Source of the DNA: Polymyxa betae A26-41
Lineage: Eukaryota; Protista; Endomyxa: Phytomyxea
Reading direction: 5' to 3'
DNA: 37,412 bases
Assembly (NCBI GenBank): GCA_003693705.1
Contig: RBZT01000449.1
Coordinates: 1-37,412 of the forward strand
The notes beneath the pieces are model-generated. The model saw only the letters and a list, made by a program, of their open reading frames with translations, ran no database searches and had not been told where the DNA came from. How positions within the stretch are numbered: the stretch's first letter is position 1; each line of letters starts with the position of its first letter. Shown in pieces: positions 1-11,871 of this stretch. A program made the position numbers and the translations under genes.

Positions 1-254
1 GACAATTCTCTCGCGAGCCTCATGGCCCAAGTTCGTCAAATGTGAGAATCGATTCTCCGAACCCACATTCGTGCAAACGAAATCAGACATCGAAATCGTA
101 CAAGTTGAATTCAAGCAATGGTGTATTGATTATTTATTGCATTAATAAAGCATCATCTCACTAGCAATAAATTATATTCAATCGAAAGCTAACATTAGAA
201 ATGCTAACAGAAAAAGTCTTGGAAAATATAATGGGCAAATTTTCGATGAAACCT

Positions 255-385
255 TGTTACCGAAACCGGTGTGGCAGGCCTCGCAAGAGACATGAGGATA
301 CTGCTGGCTTTGATATCGCGATGCATAATGTGATTTGTTGCAGCTAGATGAGATAGAAAAGCGTCCATAAGAGATGAATGTGAAG
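255..385 (-). pseudogene. Degenerate protein kinase fragment (subdomains VIb-VII)
   Basis: The minus strand reads ..THNHIMHRDIKASSIL-like (NHIMHRDIKASSIL at 294-335; catalytic-loop Asn replaced by Ser). After a frameshift it reads EACHTGFG where DFG is expected. No intact ORF. Confidence 0.5.
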
Positions 386-2157
386 CCGACAGGATGGCGA
401 AAATTCGAAAGCGATTAGGGTGATTGATGAGAGAGTTTGCAGTCGAACTATTGGGTGAAAGCGATCCAACAATGAATACTGTCCATTAAGCATCTAAGCA
501 AACTGAATATATAATTCCAACAACTTCGGAGCCGTTAGTTTGGGTCTCGCTGAGAATGAGCATTTCGCTCGCCTGTCTGCCTATGCTCTTCATCATCGTA
601 CGATCGATGCTGTCCATTGCTGCAAACTCTGGTGCCGTTATGGTTTGCTGACAACAGTTCCAGCTCCATTTTAAAAAGAAAAAACCATGTACTACTGTAT
701 TAAAAAAGTATTCGCAAGTTGCCGATAGCCAAACCGCTCGCCGAATTTGGCCGTATGGTTTAGATATACGTATATTGATATGGGTGGCGACCTGCGCTGT
801 AAATATGTTGACATATTTACGGGCTGAGCCTATAAATATGCGCACGTATTTGGGTCGCAGGTCGCAGGTCCTCACAGTGCCACGGAAAAAGAATGGCGAC
901 CTGGACCGTTTATATTTGTAATTACAATGCGGTTGATAATAAGCGGATCGAGATCGGCTGCTTGATGACAACAGCGACTTCAAACAATCATCACTTGAAT
1001 GGAAGTATAGGTATCGCAGGCTGCCGTTCATCTCCTGCTGATTACTTTGAGCGACTCTTGTCATAGTCAAATGTTTTGAGCGTGCAAATCAAGTGCGCGT
1101 TACCTCCAGCAATTTCATGGCGCCGCCAAAATACTTTCCATTTGTTTTTTTGGTTACTGAAGTTGCGTACAGACATTCATCGGCTTTGGCAACAAGAAGC
1201 CACTTTCCATTCGCACCAAACTGCTTGTCATCGTGCAACACAGTCTTACTGACCCTTTACGGGTTGGGTTATTATCAATCACTTCAGCAATAAGGTGGCT
1301 AATAAAAGCCGCTCTGTTTGTACCGCCAGTTGAAGAGGACAAACGGGATCTCTATATGAAAACGCGAATAACTTTGATGCCGCACATCGTCATGGTGCTC
1401 TTTTATCACCTGATGAATGATCCACGGACGAAGATGGCGAAATCTTTGGGAAAATGGCAACGTAACGCCCACGGTCTGTAGCCGGTATGCTCATGTCATC
1501 AAGCAACGTCTCTTTCATAGGCATCAGGAAGATTAGCAGAGTTTTCTCAAATAGCTAACTTATCAGTTACAATCTAAGCTTTTTGTAGTAGATTGCTGCA
1601 AGCGCAAATATGGGACGAAAATTTCATGTTTAGAATGCCATGAGCTAGCTAACAATGACATGTCGTTATCAACCGGTTATTATCTCTCAACAGCGCTCTC
1701 TCTACCGATGTCTGCTGACAGAACGATGTGTTGCGGTCTCTCAGACCTCCGTTCATACTTCTGCGACCCGGCATCATCAAGACGCTCGTCATCACTTGGG
1801 CCTTTGAAGATTAGGCGGTGGCCTGTCCAGAACCTACGCTTTCGCCTTTGCTTCCGTCCTGAAATCACACTGGACGTTCCATGCAGGACCACTCCCGGAT
1901 ACGATCAGACTCCAGCTTCCTTGGCGATCTTCTTTCTGGAGCCATCACTCCATTGGTTAGAGCTCTGCTTCTGCTTGATCTATTTCATCCTATGCTTATC
2001 TTCTGTATATCTATTTGCAATATATTATTTGGCTTTTGTGCCTTATCAATGCGACTGCTTTTGTTTGCTGTCTTTTCTTCGTCCTTTTAATGTTATGAGT
2101 TTCGGTCTCAAGCTCCTACGTTTGTTGCTTTCTTAATATTACGTGATTTAGGGCAGC

Positions 2158-4486
2158 ATGATGGACTCGAAAACGTTAAATGACGAATTCAAAAGACATA
2201 AAGTGAAAAGGACATTCCAGCAGGTAATAACTCTCACCGGATGGAAGACATTCGGGAACTCACCGCTGGTCTTCGTAGATATCCCAGCTCTGCATCATCT
2301 GTGCTATTGCCGTCGTTCTGTATTACGATCTGCTCATGATCTGGCCACATTTAGGCGCCTTATTCTGGGCTACAACATGGTCTATTGTCCTTGCCAAACC
2401 GCACCGAGGTGCGATTCTCTTTGCAGTGTTTTCGCTTTCTAACACTTTTTACTGCACTTTTACCATTCGCTTTGAGCTTCTCAGCCCGTAAATTTCGCAT
2501 TTTACAAGCTGCATTGAGAGTTCTGTTTTCTAACATTATGTCTCTGTAGCTCTGTTGCAGCTTCGCGAACGTTTCGATCAGCGATTCGTCTCCATTCGGC
2601 CCTATTTCATCGCCGTCTCTTTACCGCTCTATGTCGCTGTCGTACTTGGTGCGACCTCGTCTCTCACAATACTGATCTGGACCGTGGGCTTCGGTGCCGT
2701 ACTGTTTCTGATTACCGGCGCGCCACGAATGGTGGTCGCCGCTTGCCTCGTCGCTGCTGTTATCGCTGTTATCGCTCTGCCAATGGCTGTCATATTGAAG
2801 ACGAGCTCAGATGAGGTAAAACGTGCGATACTTATTTCTGCAGCTATGCTGCCATTATATTCTATGTGTTATCTTCATATGCTTTTTATTCTCTGTTCCA
2901 ATCTTATTGGTTTATCTGTCACAATCTGTTGGATTTTCATCGCTCTCTAAATCGGGATGGTTTTACGACTGTTATTTGCTCTTTTTCAGTTTCTTATTCT
3001 GCATGACTTACAGTTTCATCCAGGTAAACGAGATAGTTGCTCAGATCCACGATTTCGTCGCCAATAACGCCGAACTTCGTAAGATGATGGACGATCTCGG
3101 ATCGTCGCGTCTGTTCCGATACGTCGGTATCCGGCTTCCGGAATGGGATGCCGAAGTGATCAAATCGCACGTAACACCAGATTTGAATCCGCACCTTCAA
3201 AATTCTAATTCTGTTACTATTAGGCTATGCAAATGGCCTCGATGGCGGGATCGCATGTATCATCGATGCTGAATGTCTCCATTCTATTGGTCAAGTACGG
3301 CCAGGACGTCACACCTATAAATTTCACTGAAGCGCCCATTTAGTCGAACGAGCAACGCCATCGTATCATTCATCACTTTTCTGACCTTTTTGTTCTATCT
3401 ACTGACAGACGACCCCCTTCGGTATGAAAATTCGTATTGTTCTTCTGTTTGATGGTTACCACGTCGTTTTTGGTTTCTGAAACGATGAACTCTTTTCTTC
3501 TAACCCAGGTTTTATCCGATCCGCTGCTAAGGGATTGGATCAGATTCTATGATGGATTATCGCCCTTCTCAGAAGCGGATACTCGCTCGCTCTTAGACAG
3601 TCTTCGCAAGAGCCTAGTCCGAACGTTCGTCTGTTCGGCAGTAATTGGTCGGTGATGGTTACCTTTCAGTTACGTGAAGATTGAGAGTTTGTTACAGCCC
3701 TGGTTCACGGCCTCTTGACCTATACCAGTTTTATGATATGCGGTCTCCCATTCCGTCTTATCTTGTCTGCACTTAGTGCTCTACTCTCGATTATGCCCTT
3801 TATTGGCACATGGGTAATGCTTCATTTCAAAAACGTCTTTCTATATCTACTGCTTTTGCTGTCGTCGTCGAATTTTCTGCTTTACTTTCAGTTTTCAGTT
3901 TGATAGAAATCTCTTTTCGTTGGTCCAATTTGTTGCAAAATCCAGCAATTCGGCTGCTCTTTTTGATGCACGTTGACATGATCGCTTGTTCTGGAGACTG
4001 TTAATGCCAATGTGATAGGTGATTTGGGTCCCAGTTAGCGTTGGTTATGCTATTCATGGCCAACATATAAAGGCGGCTGTTGTCATCATCACGCAGCTGT
4101 TTGGCGACCTGTATGTCGATGCGGTGGTCAGGTCGTACATTCCCGGAAACAGCTACTTTGTTGGCCTGTCTGTGGCCATGGGCGGATATGGTGATTTGGC
4201 TTCTGTCGCATCGTTTTCATCATCCTGACTCGTTTCACAGTTTTCGGTCCGGAAGGCGTTCTCGCCGGGTACCATGCCTCGCTTCTATGTTAACAGTAGC
4301 GTTTCAATACTGATATGTCACATTAGGCCATTACTGGCAGGTGTCTCTATGACGCTGCTGGATATCTACAAGGATTATACGGCGGAACCGGTTTTAAATA
4401 CGGCTGTGGTCTCCGAGTCATCCGTGTCCGAACCTGTCGTGCTTTTGCCAACCACCACGGTTCGAGAAAAACGTAAAGCCAAGTGA
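2158..4486 (+). CDS. TMEM245 / AI-2E (PerM) family multi-pass membrane protein, about 9 exons
   Basis: Spliced product: MMDSKTLNDEF..QQ|ISQLCII..HLGALFWATTWSIVLAKPH..FITFLTFLFYLLTD..FVTALVHGLLTYTSF..ALLSIMPFIGTW..YVDAVVRSYIPGNSYFVGLSVAMGGY|VFGPEGVLAG|PLLAG. The C-terminal motifs match TMEM245/AI-2E. The introns checked are GT-AG. Confidence 0.85.
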
Positions 4487-4823
4487 CGAGGCGCTGTCTG
4501 CAGCTGGCTACACTACGCCTCGGTACGTTCTGGTTCAAGCCAATCTTGTATGGCTGGATCACACTTGTTTGTGATATCTCACAACATTCGTTCGCTCTCT
4601 TCGCGTTGGCAATCCTATGGCATTTTGTAGCTCATTAGAATGAAATCGTTAATACCCCCGTCTCTACTATGTCGTGGACATCAGTAGAATTCAAGTTCTT
4701 CGACGACGTCGATACAATGATTTTCTCTCTTTTTGGATATCAACGTGCCTTATGCTGGTTCTTTCCATAATCAGGTATGCTATTTCGAGCGTCAAATAGT
4801 TTCCCGGTTATTGACGAAACTAT

Positions 4824-5662
4824 TTATAAGCCGTAGTAATTATCATCAGTTGATGGAGTCGTCTGATTATAACCGCAATGTCCAGCCATGCATTGCATGT
4901 TGAGGGGCAGTACGTAGATCGATTGCAGAGCAACACTGACTTGAACCTCGTCGCTGTCATCCGCCTTGACAAAGCTGGCCACTACGCCATTCAACGATGC
5001 CAGAAACAAATCGTCCAGAAACGCGCCCACGCAATCCTGAACATTGAGTCAGGATACCACGATTGCTGTCCTGTATGACCGAGATCTACTCACTCCAGGT
5101 AACACCTCGCAGAACGTTGATGACAATGTGTCTTCTCGGTCGAATTCCGATTCGCATTGCGATAGTGAGCAATACACAATCTCGGCCACATCCGAGTAGT
5201 ATCCACCGTCCAGCCCTCGCGACTCAATCCCGAGTGTCATGGCGCCTGCCTCTAGATCCATATCAATATACGCATAATGATCGATCAGGTTCAGGATCTC
5301 GCTCGACATATCATCATCAATCTGACAGCCAAGATACGCCATCTGATTCGGACTCGGCAGCTGCAATAGCGTCATGTTATTCGCCGAACAGATCTGAGTA
5401 TCCGTGACAAATTGGCATGCAGGGCCAGCATAGCCTGTCCAATGGTTGAATGCGCGCCAACAGGTGAAGCGGATCACAAACCTTCCGAGCAATTGCATAC
5501 AGTCGTACGTTGCCGTTCGTAAGGCCCACCAGGTCTTGTCATACAATTGTCGGGTAAGATATCGCCGCCATTCGAGCAGTATAGCGTGGCTTCAGGACAT
5601 TCTAGTTCAGCGAACGTCAAAGTCGTCACCAGTGCTGCCAAAAGTAACAGAATCTGCATCAT
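4824..5662 (-). CDS. Secreted Cys-rich EGF-domain protein (about 244 aa, 3 exons), resembling the luminal N-terminal domain of Adp1-type ABCG transporters
   Basis: Signal peptide MMQILLLLAALVTTLTFA. Removing a 47-nt intron gives CNCSEGYAGPAC (EGF signature). A 57-nt GTGAGT..TTCAG intron joins EVLPG to DCVGAF. 14 Cys; no TM helix; ends YYGL*. Confidence 0.75.
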
Positions 5663-6036
5663 GTTTTCGATTCGTGAAGTTTAATAGAATGTTGTACAGT
5701 CGACGATCTTCCATAACACACAGCGATCAAACCAGGAGATTTTAGCGCCGCCGTTATTTAATCGAAGGCAATTGCCAAAAACAGCCGGATACGTACGACA
5801 TTAACGTGGAGGTTCGATCACATTTCCTAAGACATGGGGTTTCGAGAAGTACAGCCGCGAACTTTGCCCGGGGTTTAGGGTTTGATCCAGAGGTGGATTG
5901 GGACTGCAGGGTTGCAACCATTCTGTTCAGTAATGAAGCTTTGATACCAATACGTTCGTTCCCCGTAATGATCGAGACCCAGTTCGAACTGGAATAAGTT
6001 TATACTATCACTTGATTATGTTCTGTTGAACAAGTG

Positions 6037-8115
6037 TTACACGATGGAATGTCTCGGGGTCCGTGACGGCGGCCGCCGCAAGATGGGCGGCGCGCTGCGA
6101 ACATCTCGCGACATGACCGAGCGCAATTCGAACTCATCGTCGCTGCTCTCGAATCCCGTACTGCTGCTGCCCAGAGTCGGCGGATCGATCCGGATGCAGC
6201 CGTCGTACCCGGCGTTGTCTTCGGCCTCGAGGTCCACGGGCGGCGGTTCCTCCGCATTGACACTATAGACGCGGTCCAGCACGCCGAATACGCTCTGCTC
6301 GACTATAAGACACAACGAGGATCAGCACGAGGAGTTCAAATCTTGTGGAAACGTTCCAAAAATGGGTAACATAAACGTTACGTTACATGGGTAACGTAAA
6401 CTTTACGTTACAAGTGTCTAACGTTGCTGTCACGTTACAAGTTGCAATAGCAACCATCCAGGTATGAAAAATAGACGTTGGGACTTACGTGTGCGGAACA
6501 GGTCGAGAAAATCGGCCGACTTGTGAAAGTGTCGTCGGCCTGGATTCAACAGGGTCAGTACGGTCTGGACGGGGCCGCGCAGAACTTGGAACTCTTCGGC
6601 CACGTCGGCTGCTGTCTGATTCAAGGTGCGGATGGCGTCCTCGGTCAGGGCAATGGCCCCGGGCAGAGCCTGCAGACGTTTCACATTGGCTGGCAAATCG
6701 GCGGCGTCCGTGTTGATGGCGCCGTTCGTGCCCGGGTCCAGTACGCCGGGGTCGTCGGCGAGTTCGGCGACGTGCTGGCGGAGGTCGTTAACGGCGGCGA
6801 AATCGGCGTAATTGCGATCTTCGGCCTGTTGGAATCGATCGGCGACCTGATCCAGAGGTAGATCTCGAAGCGCAGCGCACATCTGTTCCATCATACGACG
6901 CAGGTGGACGAGACGGGCGTGCGTCGTTCGCACTCCGGCCATGAGTGCGGCCCGCGTCCAACGCGCTCGAGAAATCTGCGCAGAATTAGTGTCAATCACA
7001 TCTGAAACTTTCGATTTGTTGTTCACAGCGCCAAAAAAATGCGAAATTGTTTCCGAGTTTTACGCACCTTTCTTCTCATGGCCTGTTCGCCTTTCAGAAT
7101 GCGGACGTTGCTCTTGGAGAGGTCAGTATGGCCCAAGCGCGAGACCAGATTCAGGGGGCGGGAGTCGCAGGTGAGCTGGCCCTCGACCTTAGCGGCGTAA
7201 AAGCCCGTGTATCGGTCGAACATTTGCCGCTGGAGACGTTCGGATTCGATGACGTCGCAGAGGACCAGCCATTGGCGCTCAAACTGCTCGAAATCGCGTT
7301 GCATCTCGGCCTGCGCGGCCTGCAGCGCCGCCCTGGACTGCGTCCGCCCATCGATGATGACCAGCGCCCGCCGAAGAACGTCCCCGATCGCCGCCCAGCG
7401 CGCTTTCCGGTCTTTCGCCAACTGAAAATTATTTGAGAAATGTTACTACATTTCAAGAAAAGTACTTATTTTGCATAAAGTTTGTGAAATAATTTCGAAA
7501 ATAACGAATGAAGATACCTGTGTGTGGACGCCGGCCAAGAACGTGGTCTCTCGGCTTGTCTGTTCGGACTGCGCTCGAAGCTCGCGCACTTTCGTATCAG
7601 TCTGATTCAGAGCCGTTAACGCATGCGCCTGTCGTTTCTCCAGGCGCGTATCAATCGTGGCCAGACGCCGCACGTGGTCGTGTACGACGTCGGCCTGGCG
7701 TTCGCGCTGGATTCGCGCACGGACCTCGTCGATGGCCTGATCGAGCGCGTCCAGGGCCAGCTGGCCCTCGTGCAGTTCGGCCTCGACCTGATCGTCACGT
7801 TCCAGCAGCTCCTCGATCTGTAAAGTTGTAACGTTAAGTCCGTGGCGGACACCGCACCGGAGTTTATGTTACCCGTTCGTTCGGGTGCACTGGGCGGTAA
7901 TCGCGCGCGTCCAGCGCCTTGATCATCATATCGTCACGAAGTCGCGTGTTATCGTCAGCCATGCGAAGGATGCGCTGATCATTGCGGACTTGTTCGAGAC
8001 GCGATATCCGATCCGATGCGCAGGATTCCAGTGAGCGATAGAGGCCGCGCACATCGGCGGCTGTTAGAGGCGGCTGCTCATCCAGGCGGAGCACCGCGCC
8101 CGCCATCGCTGCCAT
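6037..8115 (-). CDS. Outer dynein arm docking complex subunit, ODA1/DC2 (CCDC114/ODAD1, CCDC63)-like coiled-coil protein, 5 exons
   Basis: Spliced frame is continuous from MAAMAG. Motifs LATIDTRLEK..., QAEMQRDFEQFERQWLVL, DQVADRFQQAEDRNYADFAAVNDL and C-terminal IDPPT..DDE parallel ODA1/CCDC114. Confidence 0.75.
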
Positions 8116-8493
8116 CCCACCCGCATACAGACAGGATAGGTACACGGACGCGATCCTCGCACCTGTAACGAGCACAACCCGACTATAATGATTCGTTACA
8201 TATCCGCCTTATGACCCATATTGCTGCATTTGACATCGCATCAGATGTCTGCTCCTCCCAATCGACGCGCTCATAACCACAACCGGTTTTACAACTGTTC
8301 AACAATTTTTTTTAGAAAACTTGTTTAAGTTGATAAATCATGAGAAAACTTTCTGTAAAGTATTGTCCTGATTCTAACATTCTTTTCAAAAATAAATTAT
8401 CGAAAATGTAAGCTAGTTATAACATCATATGAAAAGATAGGTACGATAAAATCGTGTTGCGGATCGGGGAGTACGGCCGATTATGATCTGCTT
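8116..8493. promoter_or_regulatory. Probable bidirectional promoter between head-to-head ODA1-like and kinase genes
   Basis: About 380 bp separates two divergent starts. An AT-rich core (about 8280-8450) contrasts with GC-rich flanking exons. Confidence 0.45.
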
Positions 8494-10128
8494 ATGAGTG
8501 AGGCAGGAGGGGAGTGGAGGTCTGCCACGACCCGCTCCGGAGACCATGATCGAGGCCGCGGTGAAGGCCGCGGCATGTTCTTACTGGGCCTGAGCCGTCT
8601 CGTGTTACTCGTATGCAGATGCTGCCGGACACGGAGTCGGCGGAACTCGGCGACCAGCTCCGTGCCCAGTATCAGTAAGCGGACCGGGCCCGTTCGGATT
8701 ACGATACAGTCCCGGTGTGATGACAACTGCGTGAACCAGTACGAGCTAATGAAAGTGCTGGGCGATGGGTCCACGGGGACCGTCTATCTGGCCCGCGACG
8801 ACGCTGAGAACTGCCACTATGTAACGTGATCAAGTCCGTGACGGCAGTCCGTGCTGACACTGCCTGCGTGATAGGCCATCAAGGTCCTGGATAAGCAGCT
8901 CCTGGTCGGGGCCAGTACCGGCAACCTGAACGTGTATAAAACAGTGAGGGAGGTGGTTACGTTACGCAAGTTGGCCCCTCACCCGAATATCGTTACACTC
9001 TATGAAGTTATCGATGACCCAGAAAATATGAAACTCTACCTTGGTGAGTCTGGCGCGAACTCCGGCAATGTTTTTGCTGTTATCTGCAATCATTTCCTAG
9101 TTGGGGCTTCACCATGTTTTCATAGGGTTAGGGTTCTAGGGTTAATATTGTTCATTTTGACTTGTTGTATTGCTCCCGTTTGTTTGAGAAAATTTTATTA
9201 AGGGTTTCGTTTTGTTCGCCGGACCGATTGCGTCCTCCAACACGACGCGGACGGATCGTACTAGTCTTTTGGATGGCTGATAGCCTTGTTTCGCAGTACT
9301 GGAGTTCATGCCGAACGGATCGCTGGGGCAGCTGCTAGAACGCCGTGACCTGGTCCTGAACGAGGATCAGATTCACGCACTCATGATCGATATCATCGAG
9401 GGCCTGCACTACTGTACGTTAGAATATTACGCGCAACCCAGCGCCCTTCTAACTCCGTGGCTATTAGTGCATTCTAATCATATCGTGCATCGCGATCTGA
9501 AGCCGGGTATCGTGTCCACTGCAGTAACGTTGATCCCGTGTCTGACACGTTACCAGATAACCTGTTGCTGACGGCCGAGAACCACGTGAAGATCTCGGAC
9601 TTTGGCGTGGCCCAGGTCCTACTGGCCAACTCTTTGGTCCAGTCGCTATCAACGCCGCGCTCCAACGCCACAACTCCGCGGTCCGCGCTCATCTCCGCCA
9701 GTGAAGCCCAGAGGAGGCGCAGCCGCCGCTTCAGTGGCACCCCGGCCTTCGCCAGTCCGGAACAGATCGCCGACCCGCATGGACACTGGGACCGGCGTGG
9801 GGTCGATATCTGGGCTCTTGGGGTCATACTGTTCCGCATGATGCACGGACACATGCCGTCCAAGGCCAAGTCCATCATCGAGACCTATAACGAGATCGCT
9901 CGGGTCGGCGAACAGCTGCCGGCCAGTACGCCCGACCCGACCCGTGAACAGTTCACGGATGAGCTGTGGGACCTGCTCAAACATTTGATGGATCGCGATC
10001 ATACGAAACGTTACACTATCGATCAGGTCCTGCGTCACGCCTGGGTCCAGTCCCGTTTGCCGCTCCAGTACGATCTGCGGACCAGTGCGGCGTCGAGCGC
10101 GGCCCGGACGAGCTCGGATTCCGGATAG
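8494..10128 (+). CDS. Ser/Thr protein kinase, CaMKK/Ssp1/GRIK-like, 5 exons
   Basis: LGDGSTGTVYLA, Y|AIKVLDK, HPNIVTLYEVIDDPENMKLYL|VLEF, HRDLKP|DNLLL, KISDFG, GTPAFASPE, DIWALGVIL. EVIDDP and GTPAF are typical of the CaMKK group. Confidence 0.85.
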
Positions 10129-11169
10129 AGGGGCGCGCCCCGCGACCCCCAATATATGATATATAGAGCGTTGCTGTCATGATAAACAATGACGAAGACC
10201 GTAATGTATTGAACTCGGCTCTTTATTGCAGATTGTTATAGCACGGATGCGTTCACGATCAATTGTATAGTCGAATATACGAGATCGTATGAGATGACAT
10301 ACTGGTCCCTATCATTGCTTGCCCATTCTCGACGTCGGCATTTTCTGGAATTCGTTGCTGTTGGTGGACAGGTCATTGAAGGAAGAACGAACCGATACTA
10401 ACTGATACTTGCCAGAATAAGACGAGAGAAAGTGATGCCAATGGCAGGCAGGCAGCTTGAACCAGTAATCGGTGAAATTCCCACAATGAGGACATCGATA
10501 TATTACCACATTCACGAATCATGGCCCGCCGAGGACTCAACCACAGCATGCCTATTATATGATTGATATCAACACAATTCCGATGCAGTTTTATATGGTC
10601 GTGTTTGATGAACAGCTCTCAGCCTCACCACATGGCTCTGTATTGGTATATCAATGAGGACGACATCGATACAGAAATGAGGTTCATGATAGTCTGTGCC
10701 TGAAGAAGCGCTCTTGTTGAAAGCTGCTTATCCTGCATATTCGATGACATGGATGATACAAACAGATCTGTGCTGTAGCAACATCCCATGTATCAGGACG
10801 AAAGTCGCCACATCCCTAACCTCACGATCTCCCAAAAGCGAAGATCGGCCAGCAAACTTCTGCGGATCTGATCCAAGAGCTGCGAAAGGGGCGTTCAGAG
10901 GCGCGTCGGTCCAGCAACCAGACAAAACACCGCCTGCGAATATGGCATCATCTTCCACTACTTCGTCTTCCAATGCAAGCAAGCGCCAGCCTAAGAACCT
11001 GCACAGTCCTGGAAACTGGATCCAACTAGGCGACAGCACATGCAGAATTCGCAGGAACCCTGAATCTCTACTTCTTGACGTAGCTTTAGTACTTTCTGCT
11101 GAGTAATCGTATAACAGGTTGGTAGTAGGAGTACGAGCCGCGATGTTCCAATAAAGCATTTTCATATGA

Positions 11170-11418
11170 TGTTTTTTGAGGTTGCTGAGTTCGCACCTTT
11201 TTACTCTTGTTTTTTCGAGGTTGCAAAGTTCGCCCTTTACTCTGTTTTTTAGAGGCTGCAGAGTTCTCACTTTTTACTCAGAGGATGCAGATTTCGCACT
11301 TTTTACTCTGTTTTTTAGAGGATGCAGAGTTCGCACTTTTACTCTGTTCTTGTGGTTCCAGAGTTCTCACTTTATAATCTGTTTTTTGAGGTTCCAGAGT
11401 TCGCACCTTTTACTCTTT
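11170..11418 (+). repeat. Minisatellite, about 7 degenerate copies of a ~35-bp unit
   Basis: A unit like GAGG(T/A)TGCAGAGTTCGCACTTTTTACTCTGTTTTT recurs at about 11178, 11217, 11252, 11281, 11318, 11352 and 11388. Confidence 0.9.
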
Positions 11419-11570
11419 CACAGACTCCAGTGTAATACGTAGAAATTATCACGAATTAAAGATGCGGCAGTCTAGAAAGTGCGCCCTTACTATAGCTTCA
11501 TGTAACAGCAGGAAAATATCAGATCCTGCTGATTCTATGCTATCTTGACGATAGAGCGACAAAATTTGTC

Positions 11571-11871
11571 ATGGCATCCGTGCAAGGCGAAGACGACCTG
11601 CCTAATCAGGAAGAACCCATGGCATGCTCGGCGTGCCCGAAACTAAAAGCCTCCTACCAGCGCTGCTTTGACGGCTGGTTCCAGGATAAGTTTCTAAGAG
11701 GCGAAGTCAGCGAACTGGGATGTGTAGAAGAATTTAAACGCTATCAGGAATGTGTCGTGGTAAACTAGAACTCGACACTGTTTTGATATCCTTATTCCTG
11801 TTTAGGAAACAATCAGAAACAAAGGGCTGTCTCGCATTTTGGAGGGTGAGGACCCTTTTAAATCAAAATAA
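11571..11871 (+). CDS. TRIAP1: Mdm35/TRIAP1 mitochondrial intermembrane-space twin-Cx9C protein, 2 exons
   Basis: CPKLKASYQRCFDGWFQDKFLRG..CVEEFKRYQECV. Intron 11760-11805; exon 2 ETIRNKGLSRILEGEDPFKSK*. Confidence 0.9.

Noticed and set aside
486-2136. ORFs 486-1070 and 1660-2136 as genes
   Set aside because: No recognisable motifs or consistent exon chain; the TMEM245-like gene starts cleanly at 2158.
6478-7831. Multiple overlapping plus-strand ORFs in the GC-rich block
   Set aside because: Expected stop-poor antisense frames of the GC-rich ODA1-like exons.
10312-11170. Possible transposase or endonuclease remnants (FTDYW..W; YWNI; KRQP.TC)
   Set aside because: The motifs are too short and lie on conflicting strands; no element boundaries were found.
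11170-11418. CRISPR-like periodicity (about 35 bp); also at 34573-34757 and 35489-35587
   Set aside because: Units abut with no unique spacers, there are no cas genes, and the context is eukaryotic. These are minisatellites.
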